DNA from: Anaerolineae bacterium | GTDB lineage: Bacteria > Chloroflexota > Anaerolineae > CG2-30-64-16 | NCBI GenBank assembly: GCA_040766655.1 | Contig: JAXGQB010000006.1 | Coordinates: 149,562 to 213,561, forward strand | Reading direction: 5' to 3' | Length of the DNA stretch: 64,000 nucleotides | Shown: in pieces, positions 26,659 to 36,389 of the stretch | How positions within the stretch are numbered: the first letter of the stretch is position 1 | How the letters are laid out: every line of letters starts with the position of its first letter | Made by a program: the position numbers and the translations under genes | Notes under the pieces: model-generated | The model's database searches: none | The model's input: the letters and a program-made list of their open reading frames with translations, nothing else | Told to the model about the DNA's origin: nothing

Positions 26659-27468
26659 ATGAGTTGGTTTCGGGACCTCTTTAAGCCGCGGCCGGACAAT
26701 TTCACCCGGCTGCTGATCGATCAGGCCGCGTGCGTCGTCGACGGGCTCGATGCGCTGGCAGCGTATGTGGCCGCGGCCGAGGCAAAGCCGGCTGACGCGC
26801 GGCCAGCCGCGGCCAAGGCTACTGACGGCAAGGCGGTCGATGCGAAGGCAGGCGATGCCCGAACTTTGGGCGGCAAGGCGGTCGGTCCGAAGGCAGCGGA
26901 TGCCAGCGCCATCGATAAGGAAGTCCCGGATACGGGCATCGTGCAGCGCCAGACGCCGCGTGAGAGGGCGGTCGAGGTCGTACGCCAATGCGAGGAAGAT
27001 GCGGACGAGGTGCGCCGCATCCTGCTCAACGAGCTGAACCGGACCTTCGTCACCCCGATGGATCGCGAGGACATTTCCGCGCTGTCCCGTGCGATCGACG
27101 ATATCATGGACTACGCCTGGACGACGGTGCAGGAGATGGAGATGCTGCACGTGATGCCGACCCCGCACCTGCGGCGGATGGTCGGACTGTTGCGCGAGGC
27201 CGCGCACGAGGTGCACCTGGCCATGCAGCGCATCAAGGAGCATCCCGGGGTGGCGGCCGAGCACGCGCAGCGTGCCAAGGCGCTGGAGAACCGGGTGGAG
27301 CATGTCTACCGCGAGGCGCTCGCGGAGCTGTTCGATGGGCCGGCCGGACCGAAACGCGTCATCATGATCCTGAAGATGCGCGAAGTGTACCGGCACCTCT
27401 CCAACGCCGCGGATCGCGGCGACGAGGCAGCCAACATCATCAGCGATATCGTCGTCAAGATGACGTGA
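26659..27468 (+). CDS. DUF47 (PhoU-like, TIGR00153-type) protein with a low-complexity insertion
   Basis: ATG at 26659 lies after AAGGAGG. Family motifs are FVTPMDREDISALSRAIDDIMDY and LKMREVYRHLSNAADRGDEAANIISDIVVK. A ~65-aa A/K/D-rich insert follows DALAAYVAA. Confidence 0.85.
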   Translation: MSWFRDLFKPRPDNFTRLLIDQAACVVDGLDALAAYVAAAEAKPADARPAAAKATDGKAVDAKAGDARTLGGKAVGPKAADASAIDKEVPDTGIVQRQTPRERAVEVVRQCEEDADEVRRILLNELNRTFVTPMDREDISALSRAIDDIMDYAWTTVQEMEMLHVMPTPHLRRMVGLLREAAHEVHLAMQRIKEHPGVAAEHAQRAKALENRVEHVYREALAELFDGPAGPKRVIMILKMREVYRHLSNAADRGDEAANIISDIVVKMT

Positions 27469-27500
27469 GTGCGTCCTTCGACTGCGCTCGATCCGGTGTG

Positions 27501-27530
27501 CCAACCTTCGGTGTGCCAACCGAAGGTTGG
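27501..27530 (+). terminator. Hairpin downstream of the DUF47 gene
   Basis: Stem ccaaccttcgg(27501-11)/ccgaaggttgg(27520-30). There is no U-tract. ggtgtgccaacc is directly repeated. Confidence 0.4.
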
Positions 27531-27631
27531 CCTTACACTCAGGATGCGTCTGCTTCCGGCTTAGGGCCCGTTTACGGGTCGTGATATAATTCATCTACCT
27601 GACTTCTGCCTCGCGAAAGGAGCGCACCGGT

Positions 27632-28132
27632 ATGACCAACAATGGCTTCGATGAGCCGCTTGAGGAGTATGAGGACATCGACGAAGACGAGCTTTTTTAC
27701 GAGTTGGACGACGACCGTCGCGCTGAACTGAACGAGATGGTCGGCCTGAAGGTGCTCGGTATCGAGCTCTGGGAGGAGTCCATCGTCGATGAGGAGGAAG
27801 ACCAGCCGCCTGCCGCGGAAGAGCGCGTGTTTGTCGACTGCGATCTCTACCTGGAAGACAACGTGGCGATCGAACTCTACGTCGCCTCGGTCTATCCGGA
27901 TCCCGACGGCGAGCCCGTGATCGGGGTGGATGCCATCTTCGCCGCAGTCGGCCGCCTGGCGGACGATCACCTGGAGCTGATTGACTTCGGGGACGCGGAT
28001 GAGGAAGAGGGCGGCCTTGCGCTGGCCTTCGGAATCGGCGACGAGGTGAAGACCGTGCTGGTGGCCCAGGCGTGGATGGTGAGCGACTGGGAACCCGATG
28101 AGGACGAAGAAGCTGAGGACGAAGAGGACTGA
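27632..28132 (+). CDS. Hyper-acidic hypothetical protein
   Basis: GAAAGGAG precedes the ATG. Roughly one third of the residues are D/E and there are very few K/R. GC3 is high. Confidence 0.65.
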   Translation: MTNNGFDEPLEEYEDIDEDELFYELDDDRRAELNEMVGLKVLGIELWEESIVDEEEDQPPAAEERVFVDCDLYLEDNVAIELYVASVYPDPDGEPVIGVDAIFAAVGRLADDHLELIDFGDADEEEGGLALAFGIGDEVKTVLVAQAWMVSDWEPDEDEEAEDEED

Positions 28133-28135
28133 GTT

Positions 28136-28816
28136 TTGGCGGCCATTCGTCTTGCGGTTCTCGACGTCGACGGCACTCTGAAACAGGCTGAGTCGCCCTA
28201 TCAGTACATACACCGGCGGCTTGGGGTGGCGCACCTGGCGGCTCCGAACCGCGAGCAGGCCATGTCCGGGCAGATCTCCTACGGAGAGTGGCTGCGGCGG
28301 GACGTGGCCCTGTGGAAGGGCCAGCCTGTCGCCGAAGTGAGTCGCCTGCTCGCAGACAACCCGTTCCTCCCTGGTGCGCGGGAGTTTCTGCGCGCGCTCA
28401 AGGAGGCCGGTGTCACGGTTGCCCTGGTGACCGCCGGCTTCACCCTCAACACGGACCCGATCGTCGCCGAATTCGGCATCGAGCACGTTCTCGCGAACGA
28501 GTTGGTTCAGGAGGACGGCCACCTCGCGGGCCTTGCCATCAACCGGGTGCCGGAGGGGGGCAAGGCCGCGTATGCGTGCGCGCTGATGGCGCGGCTCGGT
28601 GTCCTGCCTGAGGAGACGCTGGCGGCCGGCGACACGCGCGGGGACCTGGAGCTGTTCGACTGCGCGGGCGTGCGCATCGCGGTCAATCCCCGCTGCCCCG
28701 AGTTGCGGGCCCGCGCCCACGCGGTCTTCGAGCCGGACCTCCGCCCATCCGTCGATTGGCTGATCGCGAACGGCCATCTGCCCCGGTCGGAAACCCCTGA
28801 CGATGGACGCGCTTGA
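28136..28816 (+). CDS. HAD-superfamily hydrolase (subfamily IB / SerB-like)
   Basis: TTG start. Motif I is LAVLDVDGTL. It also carries VALVTAGF and a late AAGDTRGDLELF. Confidence 0.8.
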   Translation: MAAIRLAVLDVDGTLKQAESPYQYIHRRLGVAHLAAPNREQAMSGQISYGEWLRRDVALWKGQPVAEVSRLLADNPFLPGAREFLRALKEAGVTVALVTAGFTLNTDPIVAEFGIEHVLANELVQEDGHLAGLAINRVPEGGKAAYACALMARLGVLPEETLAAGDTRGDLELFDCAGVRIAVNPRCPELRARAHAVFEPDLRPSVDWLIANGHLPRSETPDDGRA

Positions 28817-29126
28817 CTGGTCTGCGGTGGCCCGCGGCGCGCTGTGGATCGGCGGCCTCGGCTGCTCGCTGGCAGCGCTGAGTCATGTCCGTTGGGCCGC
28901 GCAACGCAGGGGCGTGTCGCTGCGTACAGCGTTGGGGTGGGATGCGTTCCTGGTACCGTTCTGGTCCGGCCTCGTCCTGTTCAGCATCGGACTGGCCTGG
29001 GGCGCGGAGGCAGGCTGGCAGCGCTGGGCCTGGATCGGGCTCGCACTCCTGTTTGCCTGGCAGGCGCTGTTGTCCGCGCGAGCCGAGCAGCGGGCGAATG
29101 TTGAACCTGATGCGAAGGAGAATTGA
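28803..29126 (+). CDS. Small Trp-rich membrane protein
   Basis: Overlaps the HAD stop by 14 nt. Three hydrophobic helices, high GC3, weak SD. Confidence 0.5.
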   Translation: MDALDWSAVARGALWIGGLGCSLAALSHVRWAAQRRGVSLRTALGWDAFLVPFWSGLVLFSIGLAWGAEAGWQRWAWIGLALLFAWQALLSARAEQRANVEPDAKEN

Positions 29127-29131
29127 GACCC

Positions 29132-29983
29132 ATGAAACGAGTCACTGAGGCGGTCGGGTGGGGTTCGTTCCTGTTCGTCGCAGGCGTGTTCCTGCTGTTG
29201 AAGAATCTGGGTGTGTTTCGCGAATGGGGCGAGCTCATCTGGGGCGCGCTCTTTGCAGTGGCAGGCCTCGGCTTCCTGATTTGGTTCATCTTCGGCCCCG
29301 CACATTGGTGGCGGGCGATCCCCGCGTTCACCCTGTTGGGCATCGGCGGCGGGATCATCATGTCCTGGCGCAACATCGAGCTGGGCGCCTGGAGCGCGGC
29401 GCTGGTACTCTTCGGCATGGCGCTGGGCTTCTGGGCGATCCTGCTGGTGCGCAGGGAACACTGGTGGTCGCTCGTGCCCGCGGGTGTGCTGACGACGGTC
29501 GGCGTCCTGCTGGGGCTGTGGGATCAACTGAGCCAGATGGGGCGGCTCGCGGTGCTGTTTATGGGCATCGGCGTGATGTTCCTGCTGCTGTACGCCATCC
29601 GCTACGACGAGCACGACGCGCGCTGGGCCTCGGTGCCTGCGGGCGCGCTGCTGCTGCTCGGCGTCGTGACCCTGATCAACGCGTTGTCGCTGCCCGCCTG
29701 GCTGGTCTCCTGGTGGCCGATCGCGCTGGTCGTCGGCGGCCTGCTGCTGGCGATCCTGGGCTTTGCTGCGCGTAAGCCCGTCCCCCTGGCGCCCGCGGCC
29801 GTACCCGAGATGGGCACGTTCGAGGACATGCCGCCCGCGCCCGGTGCGTCGGTCGTCACCGACCTGCCCCCTGTTGAGGCGCCGCTGGTCACTACGCCGC
29901 ACGTCCTTCCCCCGCCCGCGCCTGCTGCGGAAGGCGACATCGACATCTACGAGGTGATCAAGGAGCAGCCCCCGCAGGAGTGA
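29132..29983 (+). CDS. Polytopic membrane protein with Pro-rich C-terminal tail
   Basis: ATG at 29132 lies after AAGGAGA. Repeated W(W)..(I/V)PA..LL.(I/V)G helices are present. Confidence 0.65.
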   Translation: MKRVTEAVGWGSFLFVAGVFLLLKNLGVFREWGELIWGALFAVAGLGFLIWFIFGPAHWWRAIPAFTLLGIGGGIIMSWRNIELGAWSAALVLFGMALGFWAILLVRREHWWSLVPAGVLTTVGVLLGLWDQLSQMGRLAVLFMGIGVMFLLLYAIRYDEHDARWASVPAGALLLLGVVTLINALSLPAWLVSWWPIALVVGGLLLAILGFAARKPVPLAPAAVPEMGTFEDMPPAPGASVVTDLPPVEAPLVTTPHVLPPPAPAAEGDIDIYEVIKEQPPQE

Positions 29984-29991
29984 GGCGCGCC

Positions 29992-30900
29992 ATGCTACGG
30001 CAGAGGACAGAGCTGGATGTGCGGGATGAACGCCTGACGGCGATCTTTGCGGAGGACGCGCTGCTCGAAGCGTTGACGAGCGGCTACCTGTTCCTCGAAG
30101 GTCCGGTGTGGTTGCCGGCCCAGCGCGCCCTGATCTTCAGCGACATCCCCGGGGACACGATGTATCGCTGGGACGAAGCCAACGGCGCGGCCGTCTACCG
30201 GCAGCCCAGCCGCAAGGCCAACGGCAACACGTGCGACCAGCAGGGACGCATCCTGACCTGCGAACACGCGACGGGCCGGGTGGTGCGCCAGGAAGGGGAT
30301 GGCAGCCTGACCGTGCTGGCCTCGCACTACGACGGGCTGGAGCTGAACAGCCCCAACGATATCGTGGTGCGCAGCGACGGCGCGATCTACTTCACCGATC
30401 CCACTTTCGGGCGCCGGCCCACGCGCGCCGGCGCGTCGCTGCCACGGCGTCAGCCGTGCCAGGGCGTCTATCGCCTGGATGGGGAGACCGGCGGACTGAC
30501 GCGCGTTGCCGATGACTTCGACCAGCCGAACGGGCTCTGCTTCGCACCGGACGAGCGGCGCCTCTTCGTGAACGACTCCCCGCGCGGGCACATCCGCGTC
30601 TACGACGTCGCTGAGGACGGCGGGCTCGCCGGGGGCGCGGTTTGGGCCGAGGTGCGCGGCGAGGGGCCCGGCCTGCCGGATGGGATGAAGTTCGACGCCG
30701 CAGGGAACCTGTACTGCGCCGGGCCGGGCGGCATCTACGTCTTCGACGAGCGTGCGGCATGGCTCGGCACACTGCGGCTGCCCGAACATGCCGCCAACTT
30801 CTGCTGGGGCGGCGACGACCTGTGCGACCTGTTCATCTGTGCATCGACGACGCTCTACCGGGTGCGCGTGCAGACGCCCGGACGCCTGACCGGAGGATGA
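29992..30900 (+). CDS. SMP-30/gluconolactonase/LRE-family beta-propeller protein
   Basis: FLEGPVWLPAQRALIFSDIPGDTMYRW, NSPNDIVVRSDGAIYFTDP, PNGLCFAPDERRLFV, PDGMKFDAAGNLY. Confidence 0.85.
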   Translation: MLRQRTELDVRDERLTAIFAEDALLEALTSGYLFLEGPVWLPAQRALIFSDIPGDTMYRWDEANGAAVYRQPSRKANGNTCDQQGRILTCEHATGRVVRQEGDGSLTVLASHYDGLELNSPNDIVVRSDGAIYFTDPTFGRRPTRAGASLPRRQPCQGVYRLDGETGGLTRVADDFDQPNGLCFAPDERRLFVNDSPRGHIRVYDVAEDGGLAGGAVWAEVRGEGPGLPDGMKFDAAGNLYCAGPGGIYVFDERAAWLGTLRLPEHAANFCWGGDDLCDLFICASTTLYRVRVQTPGRLTGG

Positions 30901-31064
30901 TCGGCTGCAGATCGTCTGTGCTGCAGACCCTTCAGGGGGAACTGATCGTGTGGACACCGGCCCCGCTGCGTCTGGGCGATTCGCGACGTGACGTGCGGTA
31001 CACCGTGGCGCAAGCCGACGGCGAGAGGCCGGTCTGCTAAGGGCCTGCGTGAGTTCGTGATATC

Positions 31065-31099
31065 AAAACGGGTTGGCAGACGATCGCCAACCCGTTTTT
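31065..31099. terminator. Bidirectional intrinsic terminator between convergent genes
   Basis: Stem aaaacgggttggc(31065-77)/gccaacccgtttt(31086-98). An A-tract lies 5' and a T-tract 3'. Confidence 0.8.
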
Positions 31100-31131
31100 C
31101 GTGCCTTATCGGCTTCCGGCGGCGCCCCGGT

Positions 31132-32823
31132 TCAGTCCACCGGGCACAGCTGCTGTGCGGTGAAGCTGGGGTTGGCGTAGCCCCAGTCGGCCAGGAACTG
31201 CCAGGCAGACGTGTCAACTTCGGCGGCCCGGTTCGTGTCGCGGCATGCCTGGATCACGCTGCCCGTGGTGCGATAGGAGGTCATGAACGCGGTGGCCGCT
31301 GCGCGCAGGCCGGGATGCTGGACCTGTGTCACCAGCTTGACGCTCTCGGTCGCGTTGCCCGCGGCCACGTGCGCCACAATCAGCCGGAAGCGCGCGAAAT
31401 CCTGCAGCGTGCTGACCTCATCCTCGATCGCCCCGCAGGCCTCGGCCGAGTTGTCCACCAGCGCGGCCTCGTACGCCTCGATGGCGGCGTCGAAGCCCTC
31501 TTCCGGCCACGTGTCGAAGGCTGCGTTCGCGTCGAGGATGCGATGGTAGAGGCAGGCCGACGCATCGTATTCGTGCGAAAGCAGCGCGTACGCGGCGCCG
31601 CCGACCGACGCGTAGGTTTCGGTCCAGGGGCGCTGCGGTCCTGCGCTCAGCGACTCGATGACGCCGCCGTGCAGGGTGATCTCCTTGCCCTGGCCTTCGT
31701 CGCTCAGGTCCTCGAAGGCATATTCCGGGCCGGCCATCGTCGGCATGCCGTCGATCCAGTCGACATAGGACTCGCCATCCCAGGAAAGGACGGAGAGGGT
31801 GCCGAAGCAGGTGTGCGTTCCGCAGGCCGTCTCGCTGTAGGCAAGGTCCGGCAGGCCATCTTCGTTCAGGTCGCTCGCGTCCAGCAGTTCGACGCGGCTT
31901 GTGGATGCGACGGTCAGCGTCGATGTGTAGGCTTGGGCGGTCTTGTGGTACACTAGCAGCAGTCCGGCAGGACTCGTCCGGCCCGCGGACGCGTCGTAGA
32001 GCGTCACGATCAGTGCCTCGGGCTGGCCTGCATCACGCGGCGCCAGGAGCACGTTTCCACCATCCGGAACGGCGACGGGACAGCCGGAAAGCCAGCCGTC
32101 GAGTTCTTCGACGGGGTCGGCGGCGTCGTCGATCATGGCGGAGATGACCGCCGGGTAGTCCGTCAATGCTTCGGGACAGTCGGACGGCGCCGGTGGCAGG
32201 CCGGTCGCTTCGGCGGTGGCGGACGCCTCAGGGGACGCGGCCGGCGAAGCGGCGGCGGTTGCCGTCGGGGTGGACGTTGGAGCTTCGGTAGGCGGGGTTC
32301 CTGGCGGCGGCGTTGCCGGGACCGGCGTCGCTGAGGCAGGCGCCGTCGCAGCAGGGGCGTCCGGCGCGGGCACCCACAGACGCTGGCCGACGTACAGCCA
32401 GCCCTGCTGGTTCATCAGGGCGGAGTTCGCCTGTTGCAGCGCCTGCACGGGCACACCGGTGGCGCGTGACACCGAGTTCCAGGTGTCGCCGGATTTGACC
32501 TGGTACCAGTACCCTTTCGATGGCGCGGGCGTAGCGGTGGGTCCGGCCCCGGGCACGCAGAGCTTCTCGCCCAGCAGCACCCAGTTGTTGGTCCGCACGG
32601 CCTGCGGGTTGGCGGCCTTGAGCTCGGCGACGGTCACACTCACCTTGCGGGAGATGACCGACCAGGTGTCGCCGGTGACGACGGTGTAGTAGTAGCCGCT
32701 GCATGAGCCTGTCTGCGCGGCGCTGCTCGCCTGGGAGATGCTCGCCGGCGAGATTGCCAGCGCCAGGGCCAGCAGGACGAGTGCGGCCACGTAACGCGGC
32801 ATGGCTGTGGTAAACTGTGTCAT
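31132..32823 (-). CDS. Secreted protein with two N-terminal LysM domains and a large C-terminal domain of unknown function
   Basis: Start MTQF follows GGAAGGAGA. LysM 1 is YYTVVTGDTWSVISRKVSV...LGEKLCVP. LysM 2 is WYQVKSGDTWNSVSRATGV...VGQRLWVP. Confidence 0.8.
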   Translation of the reverse strand: MTQFTTAMPRYVAALVLLALALAISPASISQASSAAQTGSCSGYYYTVVTGDTWSVISRKVSVTVAELKAANPQAVRTNNWVLLGEKLCVPGAGPTATPAPSKGYWYQVKSGDTWNSVSRATGVPVQALQQANSALMNQQGWLYVGQRLWVPAPDAPAATAPASATPVPATPPPGTPPTEAPTSTPTATAAASPAASPEASATAEATGLPPAPSDCPEALTDYPAVISAMIDDAADPVEELDGWLSGCPVAVPDGGNVLLAPRDAGQPEALIVTLYDASAGRTSPAGLLLVYHKTAQAYTSTLTVASTSRVELLDASDLNEDGLPDLAYSETACGTHTCFGTLSVLSWDGESYVDWIDGMPTMAGPEYAFEDLSDEGQGKEITLHGGVIESLSAGPQRPWTETYASVGGAAYALLSHEYDASACLYHRILDANAAFDTWPEEGFDAAIEAYEAALVDNSAEACGAIEDEVSTLQDFARFRLIVAHVAAGNATESVKLVTQVQHPGLRAAATAFMTSYRTTGSVIQACRDTNRAAEVDTSAWQFLADWGYANPSFTAQQLCPVD

Positions 32824-32957
32824 AGGAGTCTCCTTCCGGTCGGCCAGTCGTGATAACCAACGATCCAAGGCTATCACAGATGCGGCTTCCTACAGGAAGT
32901 ATACATCTATGTGCAAATAAATCAAGCTAACTTTCATCGGACTTCTGAGGAGGATGC

Positions 32958-33287
32958 ATGGCCAGGCAGGTTGTGGTATACATGTCACCGTGGTGCTCGA
33001 GCAGCAAGGACGCTCAGAACGCGCTGGCGGAGTGGGAGGTTCCCGCCACCTTCGTCAACATCAAGGAAGATCGCGCGGCTGCGGCGCGGGTGCGCGGGTG
33101 GGTCGGATTCGAGAGCGTGCCCACGATCGTCATCGCGGAGGAAGGCAGCGTGGAGCCGTACGAGGCGCCCGAGCCGCTGGCCGCGGGCAAGAGCCCGCGC
33201 GGCGTCGACCGCGGCACCCTGATCACCGAGGCCACCCGGCCGCAGCTGCGTGACTGGTTGATCAAGCACGGCGTGCTGGCCGGCTAG
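32958..33287 (+). CDS. Glutaredoxin/thioredoxin-fold protein (monothiol WCSSS motif)
   Basis: GAGGAGG precedes the ATG. VVVYMSPWCSSSKDA and the cis-Pro context SVPTIVI are present. Confidence 0.7.
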   Translation: MARQVVVYMSPWCSSSKDAQNALAEWEVPATFVNIKEDRAAAARVRGWVGFESVPTIVIAEEGSVEPYEAPEPLAAGKSPRGVDRGTLITEATRPQLRDWLIKHGVLAG

Positions 33288-33330
33288 GCGGACAAAGCAC
33301 TCCCTTCAACTCTGACTGAAAGGACCATCG

Positions 33331-33927
33331 ATGAAAAAGGTGCCCTACAGCCGTGCTGAAGTCCTCATCCTACTTCTCGTAACGCTTGTCGTGACGGCCT
33401 TGGCCGCGTTGGGCATGCGCGCCTATCAGAACCGGGACAATCGCTGGGTGCGCATCGTCTCTCCCTCCGGGGAGAAGGCCGTCGAGATCGTGGCGGTGAC
33501 GCGCCTGCTGCAGCCCTACGTGCGGACGCAGGAAGGCAACATCCACTTCTGCACGGGCAGCGCCTGGAACGACACCTGCAACCGCGTCGATGCCGCCCAG
33601 GTTCCCGTCAACCGGGTGCCCGCGCGCTGGCTCTCGTGCCCGCCGGAGCTTCCGACGCTGCCCCCCTTGCCCGGCGAGGTCGTCCACGCGCTCGAAGTGG
33701 GGCAGTGCCAGGAAGGGCGCACGTACAGCAAGCTCGTCATCCTGGACGACGGTTCGATCTGGCAGTGGAAGCGCACCTTCTCGTGGGTGAACGGCTTCGC
33801 GCTGGCGTCCGTCATCTCGTATGGCATCCTGTTCGGTGCGCTGCTGGGCCTGGTGGCCGTGCACTCGCGGCGGGCGCTGGCCGGACCCATCCCGCCGCCG
33901 AAAGCCGGCTCAAAGTCGGGAAAGTAG
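33331..33927 (+). CDS. Hypothetical membrane-anchored protein
   Basis: N- and C-terminal TM helices and high GC3. No family motif. Confidence 0.55.
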   Translation: MKKVPYSRAEVLILLLVTLVVTALAALGMRAYQNRDNRWVRIVSPSGEKAVEIVAVTRLLQPYVRTQEGNIHFCTGSAWNDTCNRVDAAQVPVNRVPARWLSCPPELPTLPPLPGEVVHALEVGQCQEGRTYSKLVILDDGSIWQWKRTFSWVNGFALASVISYGILFGALLGLVAVHSRRALAGPIPPPKAGSKSGK

Positions 33928-33983
33928 AGACTGAGCCCCGGAAGTTGCCTGAGCCCGGGGCCTATGCTAATATCGGGCGACAC

Positions 33984-34057
33984 GCCCCCGTAGCTCAGGT
34001 GGATAGAGCGAGGCACTCCTAACGCCTAGGCCGAGCGTTCGAGTCGCTCCGGGGGTA
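33984..34057 (+). tRNA. tRNA-Arg (anticodon CCU)
   Basis: Folded by hand. Acceptor GCCCCCG/CGGGGGU; D-arm GCUC-AGGUGGAUA-GAGC; anticodon loop CU-CCU-AA; 5-nt variable loop; T-arm GAGCG-UUCGAGU-CGCUC; discriminator A. No encoded CCA. Confidence 0.9.
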
Positions 34058-34077
34058 CTGAAAACAGGAGGGTGTCC

Positions 34078-34827
34078 ATGATCAAACTGCTATTGCTTCG
34101 TCACGGTGAGAGTGTCTGGAACAAGGAAAACCTCTACACGGGCTGGACCGACGTCGATCTGTCGGAGAAGGGCGTGCTCGAGGCGCAGGAAGCCGGCCGG
34201 CTGATGAAGGCGGAGGGGTTCGAGTTCGACCTGGCCTATACCTCGGTCCTCAAGCGCGCCATCCGCACCCTGTCGATCGCGCTGGAAGAGATGGATCAGG
34301 TGTGGCTGCCGGTCATCAAGACCTGGCGCCTCAACGAGCGGCATTACGGCGCGCTCCAGGGGCTCAACAAGGCCCAGACCGCGGAGCAGTTCGGCGAGAA
34401 GCAGGTGAAGATCTGGCGGCGCTCCTACGACGTGCAGCCGCCGGCCCTGACGCGCGATGACCCGCGCTGGCCCGGACACGATCGCCGCTACTCCGACGTG
34501 CCGGTGGAGGATCTGCCCCTGGCCGAATGTCTCAAGGACACCGTCGCGCGTTTCCTGCCGTGGTGGCACAGCGAGGCGGTTCCGACGCTGAAGGCGGGCA
34601 AGCGCATCATCATCGCGGCGCACGGCAACAGCCTGCGCGCGCTGGTGAAGTACCTCGACAATATTTCCGACCAGGACATCGTCGAGCTGAACATCCCGAC
34701 GGGCATCCCGCTCGTCTACGAGCTGGACGATGATCTGAAGCCCATCCGCAGCTACTACCTCGGTGATGCGGCGGCAGCCGCGGCCGCGGCGGCCGCGGTG
34801 GCGGCCCAGGGCGCGACAAAAAAGTAG
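34078..34827 (+). CDS. gpmA: 2,3-bisphosphoglycerate-dependent phosphoglycerate mutase
   Basis: ATG at 34078 lies 6 nt after [44 protein letters not shown] and [11 protein letters not shown] are present. Confidence 0.95.
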   Translation: MIKLLLLRHGESVWNKENLYTGWTDVDLSEKGVLEAQEAGRLMKAEGFEFDLAYTSVLKRAIRTLSIALEEMDQVWLPVIKTWRLNERHYGALQGLNKAQTAEQFGEKQVKIWRRSYDVQPPALTRDDPRWPGHDRRYSDVPVEDLPLAECLKDTVARFLPWWHSEAVPTLKAGKRIIIAAHGNSLRALVKYLDNISDQDIVELNIPTGIPLVYELDDDLKPIRSYYLGDAAAAAAAAAAVAAQGATKK

Positions 34828-34851
34828 GCGTCCGACACGGCGAAACAGGAG

Positions 34852-34892
34852 AAACCAGGTCGTCGCACTGCGCGATGACCTGGTTTTGTGTT
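34852..34892 (+). terminator. Rho-independent terminator after gpmA
   Basis: Stem aaaccaggtcgtcgc / gcgatgacctggttt (one G-U pair), followed by tgtgttt. Confidence 0.75.
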
Positions 34893-34972
34893 TAAAGGCT
34901 CGGACGAATGCTTGCAGAAACGGCCTGATCTGGCTATAATGGCACGGTGTCCTTGTCAAGGAGGGCAAGACC

Positions 34973-35761
34973 GTGACATTGAGCCAGGAGGCGCGGACCG
35001 AGCGTTACGAGGGCGGGCGCAAGACAGCGGCGCCGATGCAGGTCGTCCGGGAAGGCGTGGTGCGCCTGCACGTCAACGGAGAAGAGTGGGCCAGCTTGAT
35101 GGCCACCCCCGAGGAGCTCGACCTCCTCGCCCTGGGTTTTCTTGCCAACGAGGGCATCATCCAGGGAATGGGGGACGTCCGGCGGGTCGTGGTGTGTCCG
35201 AGCAGGACGTGCGTCGAGGTCTGGCTGCGCAGGGTTGACATCGAGCGACCGGCGCGCAGCACGGTGACCAGCGGGTGCGGCGGAGGGATCACCTTTGCCG
35301 ACCTGACGGCTGAGGCGACGCCCCTGACCGCGGACACGCGCGTGACGGCCCGCCAGCTGGGCAGGCTGATGTTTCAGCTGCAGGAGCGGGAGCGGACGCG
35401 AGGCGTCCATACGTCGGCCCTGGCCGATGGCGATGCCTTGCTCTTGATCTGCGAAGACGTGGGCCGGCACAACACGCTGGACAAGATCCGGGGCCGGTGC
35501 CTGGCGGAGGGGATTGCGACCGAGGGCAGGATTCTGCTGGCATCCGGGCGCATCAGCGCCGAGATGCTGAACAAGGCGGCCCGCATGCAGACGCCGGTCG
35601 TGGCCAGCCGGAGCTCGCCGACCACGCTGGCACTGGCGCTGGCTGAGGCGTGGAATATCACGGTCGTCGGATATGTGCGTCGCAACAGCCTGGTCGTCTA
35701 TACTGGTTTCGGACGCGTGCTACAGGATACTGAGGAGGTGGGGAGTAATGCACACACGTGA
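34973..35761 (+). CDS. fdhD: Formate dehydrogenase accessory sulfurtransferase FdhD
   Basis: GTG start after AAGGAGGG. The EDVGRHNTLDK signature and TSGCGGG are present. Confidence 0.9.
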   Translation: MTLSQEARTERYEGGRKTAAPMQVVREGVVRLHVNGEEWASLMATPEELDLLALGFLANEGIIQGMGDVRRVVVCPSRTCVEVWLRRVDIERPARSTVTSGCGGGITFADLTAEATPLTADTRVTARQLGRLMFQLQERERTRGVHTSALADGDALLLICEDVGRHNTLDKIRGRCLAEGIATEGRILLASGRISAEMLNKAARMQTPVVASRSSPTTLALALAEAWNITVVGYVRRNSLVVYTGFGRVLQDTEEVGSNAHT

Positions 35762-36236
35762 CGACGCCTGGATGGCCCTTGATCGCAATTTCAAGGCGTT
35801 CATGGACTCTCTGGGAAACCTCACCGAAGAGGAACTGACTGCGACTGAAGTCGTCGGAAAATGGTCGGTCAAGGATGTCGTGGCGCATGTCTGGTCGTGG
35901 GTGGAAGAGAGCATCCAAATTGCGAAGCAGTGGAGCGACACTCGTCCCACCAACAACAACGTCGTCTATGACGACAGCTGGAACGAGAAGCAGGTCGACG
36001 ACAAATCTGTTCTTCCGCTGCTCACCGTCGTCGACGGCCTGAACCGCGCGCACATGCGCTTCATCCGCATGCTGGACCTGGAGGAGGACAGCGCTCTGGC
36101 GGAGATTCGCAAGTCGCCCTGGGATGGCACGGAGATGTCGTTGGCGGACTTCTACCACGACACGGCTGCGCACTATGAGGCGCACAGGATCGACCTCAAG
36201 AACTACCAGGAACGATGCCTGGACGGTTGCGACTGA
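35748..36236 (+). CDS. DinB/ClbS-like four-helix-bundle protein
   Basis: ATG at 35748 lies after GGAGGTGGGGAG and overlaps the fdhD end by 14 nt. WSVKDVVAHVWSW and the C-terminal HYEAH are present. Confidence 0.7.
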   Translation: MHTRDDAWMALDRNFKAFMDSLGNLTEEELTATEVVGKWSVKDVVAHVWSWVEESIQIAKQWSDTRPTNNNVVYDDSWNEKQVDDKSVLPLLTVVDGLNRAHMRFIRMLDLEEDSALAEIRKSPWDGTEMSLADFYHDTAAHYEAHRIDLKNYQERCLDGCD

Positions 36237-36272
36237 ACTTCTCCTGACCGCAACGACAAACCACCAGGCTGC

Positions 36273-36304
36273 GAGCCGGTCCCACAAAGGGGCCGGCTCT
36301 TTTT
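36273..36304 (+). terminator. Rho-independent terminator
   Basis: Stem gagccgg(36273-79)/ccggctc(36293-99), followed by ttttt. Confidence 0.7.
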
Positions 36305-36389
36305 CGTCACTGGGGAACCTGTTACAGAGTTTCAACGCGTAGTACGCGATAATGGTTCGCAATAACGTAACCCATGCCGGAGGAATGTA

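Noticed and set aside
27572-30957. Minus-strand ORFs of 401, 339 and 320 aa (27572-28777, 28883-29902, 29995-30957)
   Set aside because: Each lies antisense to a plus-strand gene with clear motifs or TM structure (HAD, membrane proteins, SMP-30). Their translations are dominated by R/G/P/A/H/Q.
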